This document shows positions 10,517 through 21,946 of a stretch of DNA of 64,000 nucleotides, piece by piece. Both the position numbers and the translations under genes were made by a program. Origin of the DNA: Methanocaldococcus sp. 16A. GTDB lineage: Archaea; AGJL01; Methanococci; Methanococcales; Methanocaldococcaceae. Location of the stretch: NCBI GenBank assembly GCA_049860595.1, contig CP187551.1. One strand, written 5' to 3'. Position 1 is the first letter of the stretch. Each line of letters begins with the position of its first letter. Below the pieces are notes generated by a model. That model had not been told where the DNA came from. It saw only the letters and a list, made by a program, of their open reading frames with translations, and did not search any database.

Positions 10517-11650
10517 CTATCTTTTTCTCCTTCTTCTAAACTTTAATTTTTTCGTTATTAATGGGATTCTCTCTACTTCTAAAGCATCAGCAGTTGGATA
10601 AACCTCTGAGATATAGGCTGAGAATGATATAGGAAATCTCTGCCTTTTCATCTCCTCAATAATATCTTCTAATATAAATGGATTTAAGTATATACTTTTA
10701 TCAATAATTTCAAACTCAATCTCATTCTCTTCCAAAATCTCAGCTATTTCTTTTAAATCATCCTCATTGTCAAAAATCATAATGCCTCTCAACAACAATC
10801 CATCTTCTGTTATAACCTCATAAGGTTTAGCAACATTTTTAGCTCTATTTATTAATCTATTTCTCATCTGTATAGCATCTTTTAAAACTGATGGGCAGTA
10901 GTTAATGAATAAACTCCCTTTAAATTCTTTTAAAACTTTTAAAGCAGTTTCTTCACTTCCAGCAATTGCATTGCTTACATCATCTTTCGGCATAAAGCCT
11001 CTTTTTTCCAATTCATAATAGTTCTCTTCAGAGAATTCAAGCTCATTGATATTCATAAATTTGGCTATTCCATCAATTGCTTCAGCCAATTTTAATATAT
11101 CATTTTCCATATTTGGGATTGCTGGAATTTCAACCCCAACATCTTCAATGTACTTATTGCATAAGCTCAATTTTTCACATAAAAGCTTTACATATTCTTC
11201 ATCATAACCTTCATTAAATATCTTTGTTGGATGCAACCTTATTTCATCCAAACCAGCTTCTTTTAAAAGTTTTAAGTTCTCATCATTTACAGTTTCTGGA
11301 GTTGTATATAGATGAGCATGGAATTCATCAAACTCTTTTTTTAATGCCTTTAAGAATTTTATAGTTCTATTTATTTTTAATAAAGGATTTCCTCCTGTTA
11401 TTCCAACACCTTTACTACTACATATCTTAGCTTCTTCTATAGCCTCTTCAACGGTAGTTATTAATCTTTCATTCGCATAAATTACATCTTTATTTTTTCT
11501 CTTTTCAGATAAAGGGCAATAATAGCAATTATTATTACAAATTCCTGTAATAAATAAAACTAATTTTTCCCCTTTAACACATTGCTGACATCCTTTAGGT
11601 AGTTTTTTATAAATTTTTTCCAAATATTTTTCAATATCATCCACATCCAT
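10517..11650 (-). CDS. Radical SAM protein (uncharacterised archaeal family)
   Basis: CNNNCYYC CxxxCxxC motif, ITGGNP. Confidence 0.88.
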   Translation of the reverse strand: MDVDDIEKYLEKIYKKLPKGCQQCVKGEKLVLFITGICNNNCYYCPLSEKRKNKDVIYANERLITTVEEAIEEAKICSSKGVGITGGNPLLKINRTIKFLKALKKEFDEFHAHLYTTPETVNDENLKLLKEAGLDEIRLHPTKIFNEGYDEEYVKLLCEKLSLCNKYIEDVGVEIPAIPNMENDILKLAEAIDGIAKFMNINELEFSEENYYELEKRGFMPKDDVSNAIAGSEETALKVLKEFKGSLFINYCPSVLKDAIQMRNRLINRAKNVAKPYEVITEDGLLLRGIMIFDNEDDLKEIAEILEENEIEFEIIDKSIYLNPFILEDIIEEMKRQRFPISFSAYISEVYPTADALEVERIPLITKKLKFRRRRKR

Positions 11651-11711
11651 GTTTTCACCAACATCCTTATTTAAGTAAAGTAATATATACCTAAAGAAAC
11701 TAATATACTTA

Positions 11712-11771
11712 TGGCGGATGATGAACGGAGTAGCTGCTGAGCTGTGATGAGTGATGGGCGAACTGACGCCA
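11712..11771 (+). ncRNA. C/D box methylation guide sRNA
   Basis: Box C ATGATGA 11718-11724, D' CTGA 11737-11740, C' GTGATGA 11744-11750, D CTGA 11763-11766, 12-nt guides, terminal stem TGGCG/CGCCA. Confidence 0.9.
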
Positions 11772-11902
11772 CTATTTACTATTTTATTTTAAACATGTTA
11801 ATCAATATATTTAAATTTATTTTAATTTTTATGATAAAGATTTTTATATTTTTTTTCTTATTTTAATTTCTATGAATCTTAAAAATTACTTAAGGTGGAA
11901 TA

Positions 11903-13156
11903 ATGGATATTGGGGATATTATAAAAGTAGAAACAGATAAAGGGATTTTTGAAGGTGTCTTACTGCCCTCAACAGATGAAAACATTATAACTATAAAGAT
12001 GAAAAACGGTTATAACGTTGGTATATTAAAAGAAAATGTAAAAAATATAGAGATTATTGCTAAAGGGGAAAAACCAAAGTATGAACTGCCTCCTCTAAAT
12101 ATTAAAAAGAATGAAAAATTAAAAACTATCTCTATTTTATCTACTGGAGGGACTGTCGCTTCAAAGGTTGATTATAAAACAGGGGCTGTTCATCCTTCTT
12201 TTACAGCAGATGATTTAATTAGGGCTGTGCCAGAGCTTTTAGATATTGCCAATATTAAAGGAAGAGCTGTAATGAACATATTAAGCGAAAATATGAAGCC
12301 AGAGTATTGGAAAAAGATGGCTGAAGAGATAAAAAAAGAGATAGAAGATGGGGCTGATGGGATTGTTATAGCTCATGGAACAGATACTATGAGTTATACT
12401 GCAGCAGCATTATCATTTATGGTTAAAGCAGATGTTCCAATAATTTTGGTTGGAGCTCAGAGGAGTAGTGATAGACCTTCATCAGATGCTGCTTTAAACT
12501 TAATAAGTGCTGTTTTAGCTGCAACAGAAAATATTAAAGGAGTTTATGTTGTTATGCATGGGGAGAGTGGAGATACATTCTGCTATTTACATAAAGGAGT
12601 TAAGGTTAGGAAATGCCATTCTTCAAGAAGAGATGCATTTAAATCTATAAATTCAATACCAGTAGCTAAGATAAATCCATTTACAAAAGAAGTTATTTAT
12701 TTGCAAGAAGTGGAAAAATCAGATAGTAGCAAAAAGATAGAGATAAACACCAACTTAGAAGAAAAAGTGGCTTTAATAAAAATCTATCCAGGCATGGATG
12801 GAGAGATTATTAGATTCTATGTTGATAAAGGTTATAAAGGAATTGTTTTAGAAGGGACTGGTTTAGGACATGCTCCAGAGTATATATTTGAAGATATAAA
12901 GTATGCGATAGATAGAGGAGTTGTTGTTATTATGACAACACAAACAATAAATGGAAGAGTAAATATGAACGTCTATTCAAATGGAAGAGAATTACAAAAA
13001 TTGGGAGTTATAGGTTGTGAAGATATGACTCCAGAAGTTGCTTTGGTTAAATTAATGTATCTCTTAGGAAATTATAAGCCAGAAGAAGTTAAAAGATTAA
13101 TTAATAAGAATTTAGTTGGAGAAATTGAATATAGAAGCAGGTTTGATGCATATTAA
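11903..13156 (+). CDS. gatD: Glu-tRNA(Gln) amidotransferase subunit D
   Basis: Asparaginase motifs [25 protein letters not shown]; adjacent to gatE. Confidence 0.96.
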   Translation: MDIGDIIKVETDKGIFEGVLLPSTDENIITIKMKNGYNVGILKENVKNIEIIAKGEKPKYELPPLNIKKNEKLKTISILSTGGTVASKVDYKTGAVHPSFTADDLIRAVPELLDIANIKGRAVMNILSENMKPEYWKKMAEEIKKEIEDGADGIVIAHGTDTMSYTAAALSFMVKADVPIILVGAQRSSDRPSSDAALNLISAVLAATENIKGVYVVMHGESGDTFCYLHKGVKVRKCHSSRRDAFKSINSIPVAKINPFTKEVIYLQEVEKSDSSKKIEINTNLEEKVALIKIYPGMDGEIIRFYVDKGYKGIVLEGTGLGHAPEYIFEDIKYAIDRGVVVIMTTQTINGRVNMNVYSNGRELQKLGVIGCEDMTPEVALVKLMYLLGNYKPEEVKRLINKNLVGEIEYRSRFDAY

Positions 13157-13184
13157 TTATAAGTAAAACATATTTGGTGATAAA

Positions 13185-15080
13185 ATGGAGATTGATTATG
13201 AAAAAATTGGTTTAAAGGTTGGATTAGAGATTCATCAACAGTTAAATACAAAGAGAAAGTTATTCTGCCACTGTCCTACAATTTTGAGAGATGATGAACC
13301 AGATGGAGAGATTGTTAGAGTTTTAAGGCCTTCGTTAAGTGAGATGGGAGAAGTTGATAGAGCTGCTTTAATAGAAGCAAGGAAAGGGAAGAAATTCATT
13401 TATCAATATTACAATGACACAACTTGTTTAGTTGAGTTAGATGAAGAGCCCCCACATTTACCAAGTGAAGAGGCTTTAAAGATAGCGTTAGAAGTGGCTT
13501 TATTGATGAATATGAATATAGTTGATGTTGCATACACAATGAGAAAGATTGTTATTGATGGTTCTAACACATCTGGTTTCCAAAGGACTATATTCTTAGC
13601 AAGAGATGGATATATAGAAACATCTGAAGGAAAAGTAGGGATAACAAGTTTATGTTTAGAGGAAGATGCGGCAAGAAAGATAGAAGATAGGGGTGATGCA
13701 GTTGTCTATAACTTAGATAGGTTAGGAATTCCATTGGTAGAAATTTCAACAGCTCCTGATATAAAAAGCCCTAAAATGGCTAAAGAAGCGGCAAGAAGAA
13801 TTGGGGAGATATTGAGAGCTACTGGAAAGGTTAAGAGAGGTTTAGGAACTATAAGGCAAGATATCAATATATCAATTAAAGATGGAGCAAGAATAGAGGT
13901 TAAAGGGGTTCAAGACTTAGATTTAATTGAAAAGGTTGTAGAGAATGAAGTTATAAGACAACTAAACTTATTAAAGATTAGAGATGAATTAAGAGAAAGA
14001 AATGCAGAAGTTGTTGAGAAGATATTTGATGTTACAGAAATATTTAAAGATTGTAAATCAAAAATTATACAAAACGCTTTAAAGAAAAAGAATGGAAAGG
14101 TTAAGGCAATTTTATTAAAAGGATTTGCTGGTTTAGTTGGGAAAGAAATTCAACCAGGAAGAAGATTGGGTACTGAATTTTCAGACAGAGCTAAGGTCAT
14201 AGCTGGTGTTGGAGGGATATTCCATACTGATGAATTACCAAAATATGGCATTACTGAAGAAGACGTTAAAAAACTTAGAGAATTTTTAAATGCAAAGGAA
14301 GAAGATGCCATAGTTATAGTTGCAGATGAAGAAAGTAAAGTAGATAAAGCATTAGAGGCAGTAATAGAAAGGGCTAAAGAGGCATTAATTGGAGTTCCTG
14401 AAGAGACGAGAAGAGCTTTAGAGGATGGAAACACTGCATATTTAAGACCTCTACCTGGAGCTGCAAGGATGTATCCAGAAACAGATATACCACCAATAAC
14501 TATAAAGAAAGAGTTTATAGAAGAGATTAAAGCCAATCTACCTGAGCTTCCAGAAGAGAAGTTTGAGAGATTTAGGAGAGAATATAAATTAAATGATGAA
14601 TTAGCTAAAAAGATGGTTTTAAGCTATTATGTTGATTTATTTGAGGAGTTATGTAAGAAATTTAAAAATATTAAACCTTCATTAATTGCTACAACATTAG
14701 AAAATACATTAAAAGAGATTAAAAGAGAAGGATATAATATTGATAAATTAGAAGATAGACACTTTGAAGAAACATTTAAAGCTTTATCTGAAGGAAAAAT
14801 AGCTAAGGAAGGGATTATTGAAGTTTTAAAAGGATTTTGTGAATATCCAGATAAAAGTATAGATGAGATATTAGAGATTAAAGGATTGAAAGGATTATCA
14901 AAAGAAGAAGTAGAACAAATAATTGTAGAAATAATTAAAGAACACTTAGATGTGGTTAAAGAAAAAGGAGAAAAAGCTTATGGATTTTTAATGGGTAGAT
15001 GCATGGCTAAGTTGAGAGGAAAAGCTGATGGAAAGTTGGTTAATGATATATTGAGGAAAAAGTTAAAGGAATGTTTGTAA
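13185..15080 (+). CDS. gatE: Glu-tRNA(Gln) amidotransferase subunit E
   Basis: GLKVGLEIHQQL, DGSNTSGFQRT, RPLPGAARMYPETD. Confidence 0.97.
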   Translation: MEIDYEKIGLKVGLEIHQQLNTKRKLFCHCPTILRDDEPDGEIVRVLRPSLSEMGEVDRAALIEARKGKKFIYQYYNDTTCLVELDEEPPHLPSEEALKIALEVALLMNMNIVDVAYTMRKIVIDGSNTSGFQRTIFLARDGYIETSEGKVGITSLCLEEDAARKIEDRGDAVVYNLDRLGIPLVEISTAPDIKSPKMAKEAARRIGEILRATGKVKRGLGTIRQDINISIKDGARIEVKGVQDLDLIEKVVENEVIRQLNLLKIRDELRERNAEVVEKIFDVTEIFKDCKSKIIQNALKKKNGKVKAILLKGFAGLVGKEIQPGRRLGTEFSDRAKVIAGVGGIFHTDELPKYGITEEDVKKLREFLNAKEEDAIVIVADEESKVDKALEAVIERAKEALIGVPEETRRALEDGNTAYLRPLPGAARMYPETDIPPITIKKEFIEEIKANLPELPEEKFERFRREYKLNDELAKKMVLSYYVDLFEELCKKFKNIKPSLIATTLENTLKEIKREGYNIDKLEDRHFEETFKALSEGKIAKEGIIEVLKGFCEYPDKSIDEILEIKGLKGLSKEEVEQIIVEIIKEHLDVVKEKGEKAYGFLMGRCMAKLRGKADGKLVNDILRKKLKECL

Positions 15081-15101
15081 TTAATTTATATTTTTTATCT
15101 T

Positions 15102-15845
15102 TTAGTTAGTAGAAAGTAGTATGACTTCATTAGAACTTTGATTTATTGCAAGTATATACATAGCATTACCTCTTTCTACATATATTGTTACATTTGTTCC
15201 ATTAAATGATAAATAATATTGTCCCCTAGCTTGACTATATCCCTGACCACTTTCATGAGCATTATATATGGAATATTCAATTGGATAGCTTTTATCGTTT
15301 GCTATAACAGTTAACTTTTTAAAACCTTTATCTAAGGTATATTCCATATTGTTGATATATAATGTTATGTAAGGGCCTTTTTTCCATCTAAGGATAATTT
15401 TTGTGGCATATCCTGAAATACCTTCCCCAATATTGTTATCCCCCTGATTATTTATATAATATACAGTCCCATTAGTACTGTAAATTTCTAGTTTATTATT
15501 ATTGGATGAACTTGTTGGACAAATATTAATGTTTTCTGCTGATACAGAATAAGCAGTTATTATTGTTATATTTTCACTTTCATTTATATTTTCATTTATA
15601 TTATCTTCTTCTGTATTAGTATTTTCAGATTCATTAATTAAAATATTAGATTTAAATTGTGCCTCTTCAACAAATAATCCAAGTATCTCTTTTTTAATAT
15701 TTGAAGATTCATTTCCAAGAAATTTTGGGCTTTTTTCAGCCAATTGTAAAGTAACAAAAGTTCCTGCAATTAATACTCCTAAAATTAACAAAATAAACTC
15801 CAAAGATAGTTGTCCTCTTCTTTTAAAAATTGGCATATAAACCAC
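15102..15845 (-). CDS. Class III signal peptide (type IV pilin-like) protein
   Basis: KRRG/QLSLEF followed by a hydrophobic helix. Confidence 0.8.
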   Translation of the reverse strand: MVYMPIFKRRGQLSLEFILLILGVLIAGTFVTLQLAEKSPKFLGNESSNIKKEILGLFVEEAQFKSNILINESENTNTEEDNINENINESENITIITAYSVSAENINICPTSSSNNNKLEIYSTNGTVYYINNQGDNNIGEGISGYATKIILRWKKGPYITLYINNMEYTLDKGFKKLTVIANDKSYPIEYSIYNAHESGQGYSQARGQYYLSFNGTNVTIYVERGNAMYILAINQSSNEVILLSTN

Positions 15846-16191
15846 CTAAGATAAATTTCCATGATTTTTATTATTTTTTATATTTTTCCAAATTTATATA
15901 TTTTGTCGTTTGAAATTCGCATGATTAATGTTCTATCTTATTTCCAAAAGTTATCATCATATTTTCTATAAATTTGTATATTTTAGTATACCATTATATA
16001 TTACATTATATAGTGTTTGTACAAAAGGATTTATAATGAAAAAGCATTGATGAATGTCTTCTAAAATGAAGACATTTAATTTTTCTTATAAAGTTTATTT
16101 TTTTGCATAAAACCATAGTTACTTTAACGATATTCTTATATATTCGTTATACCAAAATTTGTATATAAATTAAGCTTTGTAGGGGATAAAT

Positions 16192-16632
16192 ATGATTAAA
16201 TTAAAAAAAAGAGGACAAATATCAATTGATTTTATACTTGCTATATTATTTTTAATGTTAATCTCACTATTTATATTTCATAATATATCTGCATTTAATG
16301 AAGGCTCTACAGAAGCATTAATAGCGGATAGAATGTATAGCATAGCAGATACATTTGAAAATTATGCAATTCTTTCTTATACAAAAAATGAAAGAATTAT
16401 TCTTTATTTAAAACCAATTGGTGTTAAAAGCTATACTATTTATTTTGGAAATAAAAAAATAGTTGTTAATACAACGAGGATTATTACTTTTATTCCTGAT
16501 AGAAATGGAGTAATAGTAAAAGGAGTAGAAGGAGATGTAGAGAATTCAGGATTAAACCTAACTAATGCCATAAAAGTAACTTATGATAATAATAAATACA
16601 TTCTTAAAAATATTTCAATGCAAATTCGGTGA
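16192..16632 (+). CDS. Class III signal peptide minor pilin-like protein
   Basis: KKRG/QISIDF followed by a hydrophobic helix. Confidence 0.78.
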   Translation: MIKLKKRGQISIDFILAILFLMLISLFIFHNISAFNEGSTEALIADRMYSIADTFENYAILSYTKNERIILYLKPIGVKSYTIYFGNKKIVVNTTRIITFIPDRNGVIVKGVEGDVENSGLNLTNAIKVTYDNNKYILKNISMQIR

Positions 16633-16709
16633 AATAAATAATGTATTATTTAAATTTAATAACATATTAATTTAATAATATTTTATTACAATAACTGAGG
16701 TGTGTTTAT

Positions 16710-19700
16710 ATGAACATAAAATTGATAATTCATATTATTTTTTTAATATTAATATTTAAATTTTTATTTACAGCATGTGGATATATAATAGAAATACATC
16801 CTGGAAGTATGAACATATCAAATAGTTCAGGATATATTAGTGTAAATGATACCCTAACTTTTGAAGCCTTAGCATCTAATATCAGTATAACTCAAGCTAT
16901 ATTAAATGATGGAGTCGTTAAGTGGGACTTTGGAGATTTAAGTGAAACAGATTATAGCTCTAATAAAATAGTTACTCATAAATATAGCTTTCCATTTCCA
17001 TATCCAGTAGCATGGTGCGGATATTTAAATAATACAGGATATTCGAAGGCACTTACATACAATTGGCTTATTGTAGGAAATATTTATAATACAATATATA
17101 TTTTTAATGGTAGTCCTTCACATTCAAACACTAATTGGAATGTTTATTATAACACAACTAATAATACTGTAATAATAAATTATTATTTCCTTACCAAAAT
17201 AAATAAAACATTTTATGGTTTAAGTGTAGATACTCAACAAGTTGATGTAAATGTTAGCAAAGATGATATTGTACCAGGAGATAGTATTGTATTCAATTTT
17301 TCAACAGATAAAAAAATAATATTTTGTGTATGGTGCTTTGGGGATGGTACATTCTCTTTTGAAAAATCTCCAACCCATATATATAATGAACCAGGATTTT
17401 ACTATCCAAGGGTATTAGTTGTTGATGAAGACGGTAAAGTTATGGTTGGTTACTTAGAAGAAGGTATTAAAGTAAATAAACCTATGGGAGGTTATTTTGA
17501 GCCTATAAGAGATATGAATTATGTTTATAACTCATCAGGAGCTAAAAATGTTGAAGATATTTATGCTATGGCTTATAAAGTAAATGACACAATATATTTT
17601 CAACCTAAGGATGATGTAGGTTATTATATAAAATATGATTACGGTGATGGAACCGAAACAGATTACCAATATTATTTAGGTGTAACATATTTTAAACATA
17701 TATATAAATATCCATTTATTTATCCTATTTGTTGGATGTCTGTTAATTACTGGGGATATTATAAAACAGCTTTTTCAGCAACATTAGATTATCTAGTGGT
17801 TGGAGATGTTGGAAATACTAAATATGAATTTATTCCTAAACTAACATCTTCTGATGGTACTCCAAAAGTAGAGTATGACGCTAAAAATCATATTGTAAAA
17901 TTCTATATATATTCAGACAATATTAACAAAACAGTCACTTTAAAATTAAAACAAAAAGTGCATTATGATGTGGTAGTAAAAGCTGAAGAAACAAATAATG
18001 GAATAAAATATAGTTTTGAATATCCTTATGGAAAGCCTGTATTTGTATTGTGGTGTTTTGGAGACAACACATATTCAATGAGTAATTCTCCAGTTCATAA
18101 ATATTTAAACAATGTTGATTACCAAGCTCATGTAATAATTGTTGATGAAAATGGTATAGTTTCTGTAGGTTTTGCACCAGTAGTGCGAAATAATAAAATA
18201 TATAAGACTATGTTATCAGTAAATCCAACTTTCATTAATGTTGGTAATATATCAAATGTCATATATCAAGACCCTAATTTAATATATGATTACTTAGATT
18301 TATATATTGAAAATTATAAATATGAAAAATTGATATATATAAACCTAGAATATGATTATGGAGATTCTACATGGTATTATTATATTTACAACTACAACAT
18401 TAATAATAATGGAGACGTAAAATATGTAGGGGGAATTTGGTATCCAAACATAGATGTGTTAACTTTACAATTTAAATTCAATAAAGAGGGATTATATTAT
18501 GTCGAGGGATATGACGGGTATTATACATCAACAAAGAAAGTTGTTATTAAAACTCATTTTCTCCCAAGATTAATAAAAGTTATTGAAAATAATAATCCAG
18601 TGGCAGTTTTGTATGTCTATCCAAATCCTGCCAGTTATAATACATCTGTAATATTCAACCCATTAAACAGCTATGACCCTGATACCTATAGAGAGCTTAG
18701 CGATGGTTCTGGATACATAATATCGCCAGACGAACCTTATGCAAGAATATATGGATTTAATTTAACTGTATATAACTCTTCAGGAGATGTTGTATGGAAT
18801 TATTCTTCAAATGAACTACAAATAGTATCTCACAAATTTGATGTGGGTAATTACACAGCGGTACTGGCAGTTTGGGATGGATTTGGCGCAAAAAATTCCA
18901 CTAAAGTTAAGTTTGAAGTAATAAATAGACCTCCTGTTGCAGATTTCTTATATCCTAAATATGCAAAAGTTAATGAAACTATAACATTCAATGCTTTGCC
19001 ATCATATGATGCTGATGGAAAAATTGTAAAATATGTCTGGAATTTTGGAGATGGCTATAAAATAGAAACTACATCTCCTATAGTATTCCATGTATATAAT
19101 AAGACTGGAATTTATACTGTGACATTAACTGTTTATGATAATTTGAACGCAGCAAGTACAATATCAAAAACAATAACTGTATACTATCTTAAAGCAGATT
19201 TTGAATGCTCTTATGTTGCAAAACCCAATACATCAATACAATTTATAGATAAATCAGTATCAAATCCAGGAAATATTGTAAAATGGTTCTGGGACTTTGG
19301 GGATGGAAGTACATCTACTGAAGAAAATCCTATTCACCAATATTCAAAAGAAGGAAGTTACATAGTTACACTAACTGTTTGGAATGATTTAGGAATAAGT
19401 GATAAAGTTTCAAAAGTAATAATTATAAGTTACTCAACATATCCACCAATTGCAAGATTCAATTTTACAATAAACGGATTAAATGTAACCTTTGACGCTT
19501 CAAACTCTTACGATATAGATGGAAAAATTGTAAAATACATCTGGGACTTTGGAGATGGAAATAGTATAATAACTACTAATTCAAGAATTTCACACAAATA
19601 TACCAGAAGTGGAATATACACAGTTAAATTGACAGTTGTAGATAATGATGGAAACAAAGGTTCAACGGTAAGATTAGTTTCTGTTAGTGCTACAGAAAAA

Positions 19701-19787
19701 AATGTTCCAATTCCTATATCAGTTGAAATCCTCACTTTGATTACAACATTATTGATAATAAACTACATGATGAGGAGATTCACATGA
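16710..19787 (+). CDS. PKD-repeat cell-surface protein with PIP-CTERM sorting signal
   Basis: Signal peptide, multiple WxFGDG PKD repeats, C-terminal VPIP + TM helix + RR. Confidence 0.88.
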   Translation: MNIKLIIHIIFLILIFKFLFTACGYIIEIHPGSMNISNSSGYISVNDTLTFEALASNISITQAILNDGVVKWDFGDLSETDYSSNKIVTHKYSFPFPYPVAWCGYLNNTGYSKALTYNWLIVGNIYNTIYIFNGSPSHSNTNWNVYYNTTNNTVIINYYFLTKINKTFYGLSVDTQQVDVNVSKDDIVPGDSIVFNFSTDKKIIFCVWCFGDGTFSFEKSPTHIYNEPGFYYPRVLVVDEDGKVMVGYLEEGIKVNKPMGGYFEPIRDMNYVYNSSGAKNVEDIYAMAYKVNDTIYFQPKDDVGYYIKYDYGDGTETDYQYYLGVTYFKHIYKYPFIYPICWMSVNYWGYYKTAFSATLDYLVVGDVGNTKYEFIPKLTSSDGTPKVEYDAKNHIVKFYIYSDNINKTVTLKLKQKVHYDVVVKAEETNNGIKYSFEYPYGKPVFVLWCFGDNTYSMSNSPVHKYLNNVDYQAHVIIVDENGIVSVGFAPVVRNNKIYKTMLSVNPTFINVGNISNVIYQDPNLIYDYLDLYIENYKYEKLIYINLEYDYGDSTWYYYIYNYNINNNGDVKYVGGIWYPNIDVLTLQFKFNKEGLYYVEGYDGYYTSTKKVVIKTHFLPRLIKVIENNNPVAVLYVYPNPASYNTSVIFNPLNSYDPDTYRELSDGSGYIISPDEPYARIYGFNLTVYNSSGDVVWNYSSNELQIVSHKFDVGNYTAVLAVWDGFGAKNSTKVKFEVINRPPVADFLYPKYAKVNETITFNALPSYDADGKIVKYVWNFGDGYKIETTSPIVFHVYNKTGIYTVTLTVYDNLNAASTISKTITVYYLKADFECSYVAKPNTSIQFIDKSVSNPGNIVKWFWDFGDGSTSTEENPIHQYSKEGSYIVTLTVWNDLGISDKVSKVIIISYSTYPPIARFNFTINGLNVTFDASNSYDIDGKIVKYIWDFGDGNSIITTNSRISHKYTRSGIYTVKLTVVDNDGNKGSTVRLVSVSATEKNVPIPISVEILTLITTLLIINYMMRRFT

Positions 19788-20005
19788 AAAAAATGCTCTC
19801 AAATAGGGGTCAAATAACTTTAGAATTTGCTTTATTGTTAGCTGGAATAGTCGCTACAGCCACAATTGTTGGATTTTATTATTTGAAAACTGTAAAGTCC
19901 ACCTCAACTACTGCTAAAAGTTCAAATATAGAAACTACCACAACTGTTGATAATAAAGTTCTTGAACAGGTAGATAAAGTAAAAGAGGTTACAGCAAATG
20001 GATAA
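19784..20005 (+). CDS. Small type IV pilin (class III signal peptide)
   Basis: SNRG/QITLEFALLL; 73 aa. Confidence 0.85.
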   Translation: MKKMLSNRGQITLEFALLLAGIVATATIVGFYYLKTVKSTSTTAKSSNIETTTTVDNKVLEQVDKVKEVTANG

Positions 20006-20468
20006 TAAAAGATACTTATTAAATTTCTTTATTTTATTAATTTTGATATATCTTTTTTTGAAAAATTTTGAAATAGAAATTGCTAAAATACTAACCATTA
20101 TTATTGGAAATTTACTAAAAATTCCTTATTTTGAAAATAAACTTATTTATAATGAAGAAATATTTTCAATAAATCCTGCATGTACATGTTCTTTTGAAAT
20201 TGCTCTATTTTTGGCTTATGTACTTGCTACACCAAAAGTCCCTCTTAAATATAAATTAACATATTCGATTATTGGTATATTAATTATAAACATTACAAAC
20301 ATATTGAGGATAATTTTTATTTTAAAAAACTCATACTTGACAAATTACATGCTTATTCACAATGTAATAAGCTTTATAATCTTTCCAGTAGCGTTAATTT
20401 TAAATCTCATATGGGTTAAGATATTATTAAAAATAGGCGTAATTAAAATAGGACTTTCGCAGGAATAA
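19998..20468 (+). CDS. artD: Archaeosortase D
   Basis: PACTC, NILRI, IHN triad context; two genes from the PIP-CTERM PKD protein. Confidence 0.8.
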   Translation: MDNKRYLLNFFILLILIYLFLKNFEIEIAKILTIIIGNLLKIPYFENKLIYNEEIFSINPACTCSFEIALFLAYVLATPKVPLKYKLTYSIIGILIINITNILRIIFILKNSYLTNYMLIHNVISFIIFPVALILNLIWVKILLKIGVIKIGLSQE

Positions 20469-20542
20469 ATATACTCATTGGACATAAACACTTAAAGGTG
20501 TCAAAGTTCCTTATTTAATATATAAACTGTAAAAGTCCTATT
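20447..20542. mobile_element. Palindromic MITE-like repeat, copy 2 (overlaps artD 3' end)
   Basis: AATAGGACTTTCGCAG...CTGTAAAAGTCCTATT termini, homologous to 10420-10514. Confidence 0.82.
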
Positions 20543-20563
20543 AAATGATAAGAAGGGGATTTT

Positions 20564-21418
20564 ATGATAAAAAAAATTAAATCAAATAAAGGTTATATAT
20601 TTACTTATGAGGCAATAATTGTTGCTTTTATTTTTGTAAGTATATTTTATGTTGTCTATTCAACATATAGCTATAACTTAGGGACTGCAATAGAAGAAAA
20701 AAGAGATACAGAACAATTTCACAAAGCTTTATTATTAAAAGATTTATTTCTAAAAAAATATGAGTTTCCTGGAAATTATAGTGAAGATTATATTCAAAAT
20801 TTTACCTCTGAATTAAACTTACAAGAAAAAACATTCGACCCAATTAATGATTTCAGTAATGATTCTGAAAAATTTTATTTTATAATTCATCCTAATGATT
20901 ACGATGATATGTTAGATAATGCAGACATTTCACTAAATAACATAACATTAACATTTAATAACGGAGAAACTTTTAAAATATATTCTAATGTTATTAATAA
21001 TTATGAACAACCTGATTTAAGTGGTAATACAATAATCACTTTTAAAGAAAATGTATATATTCCAAAAATTACTGGAATATCAAAAAATACAAATGAAATA
21101 GAACTATATGGATGTAATGGAGACCACATTTATTTTAAAGTGAATGAGAATATAACTCATATTTCAGCAAGATTAATTAATACTACAAATAATGAGAATG
21201 TAACAATCAGTATAAATGGTGTTATATATCAAGTTACATTAAGTAATTCAGAAAAATCAATAAATTGCACTCAAAATATTAAAATAAATGATATAAATAC
21301 TATAAGAATATTAAATAGCCCTTCACCAGTAGAATTCAACATATCTACTCAAAATGATGCTAACTTTTACTATCTAACTTTATCTCCAAGGAATGTTACT
21401 ATTATGGTGAAACCATGA
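20564..21418 (+). CDS. Pilin-like/pilus-associated protein
   Basis: SNKG/YIFTYEAII class III-like N-terminus, Asn-rich body. Confidence 0.65.
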   Translation: MIKKIKSNKGYIFTYEAIIVAFIFVSIFYVVYSTYSYNLGTAIEEKRDTEQFHKALLLKDLFLKKYEFPGNYSEDYIQNFTSELNLQEKTFDPINDFSNDSEKFYFIIHPNDYDDMLDNADISLNNITLTFNNGETFKIYSNVINNYEQPDLSGNTIITFKENVYIPKITGISKNTNEIELYGCNGDHIYFKVNENITHISARLINTTNNENVTISINGVIYQVTLSNSEKSINCTQNIKINDINTIRILNSPSPVEFNISTQNDANFYYLTLSPRNVTIMVKP

Positions 21419-21939
21419 TTAACACCTTAGATTTAGCTATAGGTACTACCATTCTACTTATTGGTATGGCTTATTGGACTACTTCAGTTATTGAACATAA
21501 TAACAATTATGTAGATGCTGTTAAATCAGAATATTTATTTGATAAGGGAATTAGTACTATGGAAAAATTATCACAAGATGGCACATTACAGGATGCTGTC
21601 CTATTGTATTATTTTAATAAATCCGATGAGGCTAAAAAGCTTTTAGAGGAAAATATACCATTAGATAACTATATGATTTATATTGATGATAATTTATTAA
21701 TTAATTATTCTAATTCTCCAACAAAAAATTATGTAGTTGTTATAGCAGTTTTAACATTAAATAGGAGTGAGGGATGGTATGTGATATATGGAAATAGCAG
21801 TGAAATCCATATATCTGATAGAAGATTTATGAATTATGAAGAAGCATATAATAATTTTAGTAGTTATGACATAGATATGCCAGTTTATTTATCAAAAAGT
21901 ATAACATCTTCAAAAGTTAAATTATATGTAATGGAATAA
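21415..21939 (+). CDS. Pilus-locus hypothetical membrane-anchored protein
   Basis: N-terminal TM helix; overlapping start/stop within the operon. Confidence 0.65.
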   Translation: MINTLDLAIGTTILLIGMAYWTTSVIEHNNNYVDAVKSEYLFDKGISTMEKLSQDGTLQDAVLLYYFNKSDEAKKLLEENIPLDNYMIYIDDNLLINYSNSPTKNYVVVIAVLTLNRSEGWYVIYGNSSEIHISDRRFMNYEEAYNNFSSYDIDMPVYLSKSITSSKVKLYVME

Positions 21940-21946
21940 TTTTAGT

